DNA from: Eledone cirrhosa
Lineage: Eukaryota
Assembly (NCBI GenBank): GCA_964016885.1
Contig: OZ024746.1
Span: 80,352,001-80,416,000 of the forward strand
Direction of reading: 5' to 3'
DNA length: 64,000 nucleotides
Both the position numbers and the translations under genes were made by a program. The notes under the pieces are model-generated. The model searched no databases. It was not told the origin of the DNA and worked only from the letters and a program-made list of their open reading frames with translations. Shown piece after piece: positions 58,039-64,000 of the stretch (its first letter is position 1; each line of letters starts with the position of its first letter).

Positions 58039-58106
58039 ATATATATGTATTTGTCCCCTTCTTTTGTGCCCCTGTGGCTAATAAAGAAATATATCTATCT
58101 ATCTAT

Positions 58107-58146
<40 letters not shown>

Positions 58147-58982
58147 TTATTAAAATAACAGTTTAAAGTTTAAGCAAAGATTCTTTGCTTAAACTTTAAT
58201 CTGTTATTTTAATAAATATTTGCTCTACGGTTCTTATATATTTGATATATATTTATCCTTATCGAGCCCTCTTTGGATTTTAGTCTTCAAATTTATTATT
58301 ATTACTATATATATATATATATATATATATATCAACATTGTGTATACGTAGCTGATCTCTCGAACTTTTAAGAAACAGTTAATATAAAGAGTGGTGTGCT
58401 TGTGCGCGGAGATGCTATAAGAAGACCCTTAAAGACGGGAAAAGAAGTTACTATCGGGCGCTACGAGGAATCAAACCTCACATCTGCCAGACGCTTTGGG
58501 CCATTAAGTTAAGGGACCGTGACATCTCTCACCGTAGTAAATTAGATAGATGAACCACAACTTTCTAAATGTCAACAAACATCGTGAATACGTAGCCGAT
58601 CTTTCGTACTTTTTCGAAGTGTTGAGAGGTTAAACTTAATGCAGAGAATGGTGTACCAATGCCCGAAGATGCTATAAAATAGCTTATAAAATTGGGTGAA
58701 CACGCTTAAAGACAGAAATGGTTCAAAGCACCGAGGCCGTCTTTAAGGGGCTTCGCCTTATTTTGTCGGGTATTTTATAGCATCACCGCGCATGCGCACA
58801 CCACTCTTTACATTAAATATATAAATATATATATATATAGAGAAAATTTATTCTTAAAGCTTGCTGGATTTGATTATGTATATGGTTAATTATGCTGATT
58901 AGAGGAAGAAATAGTATATATTTTAATATCTGATTGATTCTATAGACACGTTTTATGATGATATATATATATATATATATAT

Positions 58983-59039
<57 letters not shown>

Positions 59040-59449
59040 GATATATATATATAGAGATATATATCAATAAAAGTCCGAGGCAATATTTATTTGGTTATAT
59101 ATATTTATATATATATATATATTAATAAAGTGAGGACAAGACAACGGACGAAAATAAGGCAAAATGACAAACAATTTTTTAAGGGGAACCTTAAGAAATT
59201 ATTTAAAATAAATAGAAATAAAACGGAAGGCACAGAACTTCAGGTTCATCGGTCGTTGAGATGGACTTTGGCAGTTTCGACCCCTACACGCGATATTGCT
59301 GCTCCACCCGGGGTCACAGCGTCTGACAAGCCAAAACACTGTCCAGTGGGGTAAGAGACGAGAGACAAAACATTAATTTATAGCAATCAAGTACACATAT
59401 ATATCTTTCACATACCTTCAGACACACTCTCTCTTTCTCTTTCTCTTTC

Positions 59450-59481
<32 letters not shown>

Positions 59482-59768
59482 CCTCTCACGCCCCCTCTCT
59501 ATCTATCTATCTATTTATCTATCTATCTCAGGAATCCTCTGACAATCACATTGTTTCCATCGATCATTCGATAATTCACATTTATATGATTATTTAGCAG
59601 TTATCTGAGTGTATAGAGTAGGCAATGGGCAACCTTTATTGAGCAGTAGGCCACATCCTATGTGGCTCATCATGAAGCAGGCCACACTACTAAACAATTC
59701 AAGGCAATTTTGAAATTAGGCGTGCTATTCAGAAAGCCAAATGGGCTGCGGTTTGTTTCTATGTAATA

Positions 59769-59805
<37 letters not shown>

Positions 59806-59860
59806 ATACGGGTGTCTGCCACAGCTGTTTCTATGTAAAAATTGGTAAAAATTGTGTATG

Positions 59861-59948
<88 letters not shown>

Positions 59949-59994
59949 GGCAATTTTGATATATATATATATATATATATATTCAAGGCAATTT

Positions 59995-60031
<37 letters not shown>

Positions 60032-60063
60032 CATAGAAACAGCTGTGGCAGACACCCGTATGT

Positions 60064-60151
<88 letters not shown>

Positions 60152-60155
<4 letters not shown>

Positions 60156-60900
60156 CGGAAGAACTCATAAGAGTCAACGGCCATCCAAAAGTGTGTAAAT
60201 ATGTATATACACATGTACATATGTATGTACATGTGTATATACATGGGTGCATGTGTATGTATATGCGCGGGGACATAGAAATAGTCAGGCTGGACACCCG
60301 ATCGTGCGGTTAAACCACTGGAAGTGAAGGACCCCTAGCCTTTGTCAGGACATTCTTCTAGGAGAAGACAACTCAGGAAACTGGGATAACTCCGATATAA
60401 AACCTGCGGCTCAGTAGTTACTGATGATGTTGATCTTTTCTTCTTTTCAGGTTATAGCTACTGTCGCTCAGAGTGTGGGATTGGCTCAGTGCACAGTCCT
60501 TCTTCACTTTAAAAAATATCTCCACACAGGCATTGCACGATAGAATTAATTAATAATTATTAATAATGGTATATCGTGCAATGGCCATACTCGATAACGA
60601 GGCGGCAGCCATCATGTATGTATGTATGTATGTATGTATGTATGTATGTATGTATGTATGTATGTATGTATGTATGTATGTATGTATGCTTTATATCTGG
60701 AGATCTCTCTGCACTTGTCGTCACATGGTACCATGGGCCCAGCACTATGTGTCTATAATTGTCACAAGTGTAGTGTTTGTACCAGAGTTTTCAAGTCGCT
60801 GGCTGGACTAAAAAGTCAGACTCGTTCAGCGCATCGGTAGGGGTTCTCCTACATGGATATAAAGTAGTGGCCGTACTCGAAAACGAGTTGGCAGCCACCA
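60152..60900 (+). mobile_element. RTE-related pieces: putative 5' UTR-like segment plus two 3' ends with (TATG)n tails
   Basis: 60725-60900 matches 13030-13205; 60570-60615 is another 3' tip; parts of 60160-60370 match the reverse complement of 12880-12955. Confidence 0.55.
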
Positions 60901-61287
60901 TGTATGTATGTATGTATGTATGTGTGTATATATGTATGTGTGTATGTATGTACATACAAGTGTCTGACGTGTTTGAGGTGTGACGATAAATTATACTTCT
61001 CACTGAATACATCACTGAATACATTTCTTGTATTAGGTGAAAATTATGAAATGATTGCAAAGTAATCTGTATGGTATAGCTTTTAAATATTTACAGATTG
61101 ATTTACAGACAACTTATATAAAAAGAAATTTATATAGAGAGAAATATACATATATCTATCTATATCTATCTATCTATCTATTTATCTATCTATCTCTCTA
61201 TCTATCTAGCTAGCTATCTATCTAGCTATCTATATATATATATAGAGAGAGAGAGATAGAGGGGGTAGATACAGGTTTTATATATAT

Positions 61288-61359
<72 letters not shown>

Positions 61360-61590
61360 GAGACATGTATTCGGAAATAAAATATATATATATAGATATA
61401 TATAGAAGGATATATACAGATATATATATATACAGTGGCATATATACAGACATCCCACTTGTACATCAAAGAGAAAAGTTATAGCCCTCAGATATCTCGG
61501 TGGTATAATTTATCAAATGTCTTTTATATAGGTGTTTTGTTTAGTTCTTTGTGAGTTCATAAATACCTATATAAGTTTATTTATGTATAT

Positions 61591-61715
<125 letters not shown>

Positions 61716-61857
61716 TGTGTGTGGAGATGCGTGCGTGAGTCTGTGTGCGTATGTTTGTCTCTTCTGTCTCGTTCTCTTTCTCTCTCTTTCTTTCTTTCTC
61801 TCTATCTCTTTCTCTCTCTCTCGTTCTCCTTCTCTCTCTCACTCTCTCTCTCTCTCT

Positions 61858-61892
<35 letters not shown>

Positions 61893-61895
<3 letters not shown>

Positions 61896-62100
61896 CTAAG
61901 GAATTGTGGTAAGGAACCAGATGGACCATAACGCACCAGAGTACTCAATACTTAGGGTAGTAGAGTGGGAAATAGGAAAAAGTATGACCCCGACGGCAGA
62001 GCTCAAGCCGTTTCAACGGCTATTTCTGGACTAAAAAAAAAGTCCAGAAATAGCCGTCGAAACGGCTTGAGCTCTGCCGTCGGAGTCATACTTTTTCCTA
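61893..62100 (-). mobile_element. Asymmetric hairpin element (family X), copy 4
   Basis: Same tail and hairpin; A-rich apex; (TA)n flanks. Confidence 0.85.
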
Positions 62101-62107
62101 TATATAC

Positions 62108-62209
<102 letters not shown>

Positions 62210-62688
62210 TGCTTATATCGCCATGCCCCTAGTAGCTGCTACTGTTGGTGTCCGGTTGACTAATTAGTAGTCAGCTTAATTCTAACACGTCGAATACCAG
62301 TATCAACTTGAAGTTTTAATAGTGAGGTCAATATTTTGGGGATTTCTGTTATGGACTCGCTTGGGGGATTTCTCTCATGGACTCGCTTAGTCCAGGATTT
62401 GACGGCTACTGGTTAATAATTAATCGATGGTTATCAGATTTCCTCCATAGCCCGAACAGGTTCCGTTACAGCCATTCAAAGAATAGATGTACTCTACCAG
62501 CTTTCTGTGTTAAACGATGAAGATACTGATTCTATGTTAAGCTTTTGAATCATTGATTTTTCTTCGCTTTCCTGTAAGGGCCCCTACTTGGGAATATTGC
62601 CTTACAACAATTTAAGTTATATGTTTGCTCTGGAATGTTTCATTGTGCTTGTTGTACGCATCGGGATTTTACACGACCCACCTCTCGC

Positions 62689-62727
<39 letters not shown>

Positions 62728-62814
62728 GTAAAAGGTAAACAGAAATAACAACACAATCGGTACAGTATATGGAATGGATGTATTAGGTTAAGGCATGATA
62801 TAGCAGGAAGAGGA

Positions 62815-62854
62815 TCTTAACGTTTCGGACGCTAGTCCTTGATTGATCAGAAGA
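62815..62854 (-). ncRNA. Disrupted minimal hammerhead motif in a pLTR remnant
   Basis: TCTT-CTGATCA-atca-AGGAC tagc GTCC-GAAA-CG-TT-AAGA; core carries a G-to-C change and a 4-bp duplication. Confidence 0.45.
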
Positions 62855-62967
62855 AAGAATGAGAAATAAGATAGATTGAGGGGACGGGTGGGTTGGAATT
62901 GGAAAAAAATGTCTTTAGATAAAAATAACAGGTCCATTCATGTTGACATCTCTTATCTCTCTCTCTG

Positions 62968-63049
<82 letters not shown>

Positions 63050-63164
63050 ATATATATATATATGATAAAATGGGGAGAAAAATACTGCTGGTAGCACATG
63101 GATAACATGTAATAAAATAAGTCCCTCATCAGTGATTTGCCGACGATCATAGATATTTCATTGC

Positions 63165-63234
<70 letters not shown>

Positions 63235-63237
<3 letters not shown>

Positions 63238-63735
63238 GTAGAACACTGGGATGTTATAACCGTAGTAGTAGAGCACTCTGTCTATGGGATGAGTTCGGTA
63301 GAAGTTAGTTCCACAACTGTTAATAAACGATTTTGAAGGACACGAAATATTAAAGGGATGTGAGAATCGAAACTGAGTCGTATTAATCCATGGCTGGGCC
63401 CTAGGCTTTCGTGTATTTCGAAGCCCCTCTATCACTCTAATTTTTCACTCCGCTGGAGCATAAAAAAACTGTGAGAGTCTGTAAGTTCGTAGATGACAGG
63501 TGTGGAGAGGTGGAGGTTTTCAGTAGAAACAAAGATGTCTGAGAAGGAAGACAATGGGAGTATTAGAGATGTTCCAGTGCGGAGTGGAAATTGTTGATGA
63601 AGGATATAAGGAGTATGAATTGCTCTGATGAGGGTGAAGTGTCACTGATTACGTCATCAATGTAGTGGCCGTATAGCTGAGAAGTCGGCTCACTGAACTG
63701 GATGGAAATTTTAGTTTCAATGTGAACAACGAACA
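63235..63735 (-). mobile_element. Degraded PLE RT fragment of a different clade (YIDD type)
   Basis: LYGHYIDDVI...FINNFHSAL and a downstream SCPSKSFINS thumb-like segment; abuts (TA)n. Confidence 0.65.
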
Positions 63736-63959
63736 ATTTTTTTGTTTTTTTGTAAATCAAAAGATTTTATTGATTCAAAATTTTCTTCATAGTTGTATAT
63801 ATTTACAAACAGGAAGAGAGGAAAAAGAAGAATAAAGAGGATAAAAAAAATAAGGACCTGGTGAGATACTCTCCTGAATTTGCAGAGAAAACGACAATCC
63901 GGGGACCGCGGACACCAGAGATCACGACGGCAGGCAGCAACAAATTAACAATATATATC

Positions 63960-64000
<41 letters not shown>

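Overview
Eukaryotic, AT-rich, extremely microsatellite-dense non-coding DNA. The SINE families and repeat landscape point to an octopus (coleoid cephalopod) genome; this is an inference. No host protein-coding exon could be supported, and nearly all listed ORFs are translations of (TA)n, (CA)n, (GA)n, (TATG)n or trinucleotide tracts. The window is a retroelement ecosystem sitting in microsatellites. (1) A near-intact ~5 kb Penelope-like element (PLE; RT plus C-terminal GIY-YIG, 18755-23720, minus strand) has tandem and inverted pseudo-LTRs, each carrying a minimal hammerhead ribozyme (HHR). (2) Many non-coding fold-back (hairpin) elements flanked by (TA)n are present; one carries a textbook type I HHR in both arms (50460-50520 and 51622-51682). 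(3) A four-copy ~200 bp asymmetric hairpin family has arms that co-vary within each copy. (4) A 1.3 kb palindrome has a nested hairpin core. (5) There are fragments of RTE, CR1/Jockey-like, Tx1/L1 and R4/Dong LINEs, two tRNA-derived SINE families, a composite Helitron-like chain, an hAT MITE with a perfect 8-bp TSD, and a SINE-born minisatellite. The best candidate for a novel system is the set of HHR-bearing, (TA)n-targeting fold-back non-autonomous retroelements with a possible local PLE driver. Boundaries of degraded elements are approximate and were read by eye.
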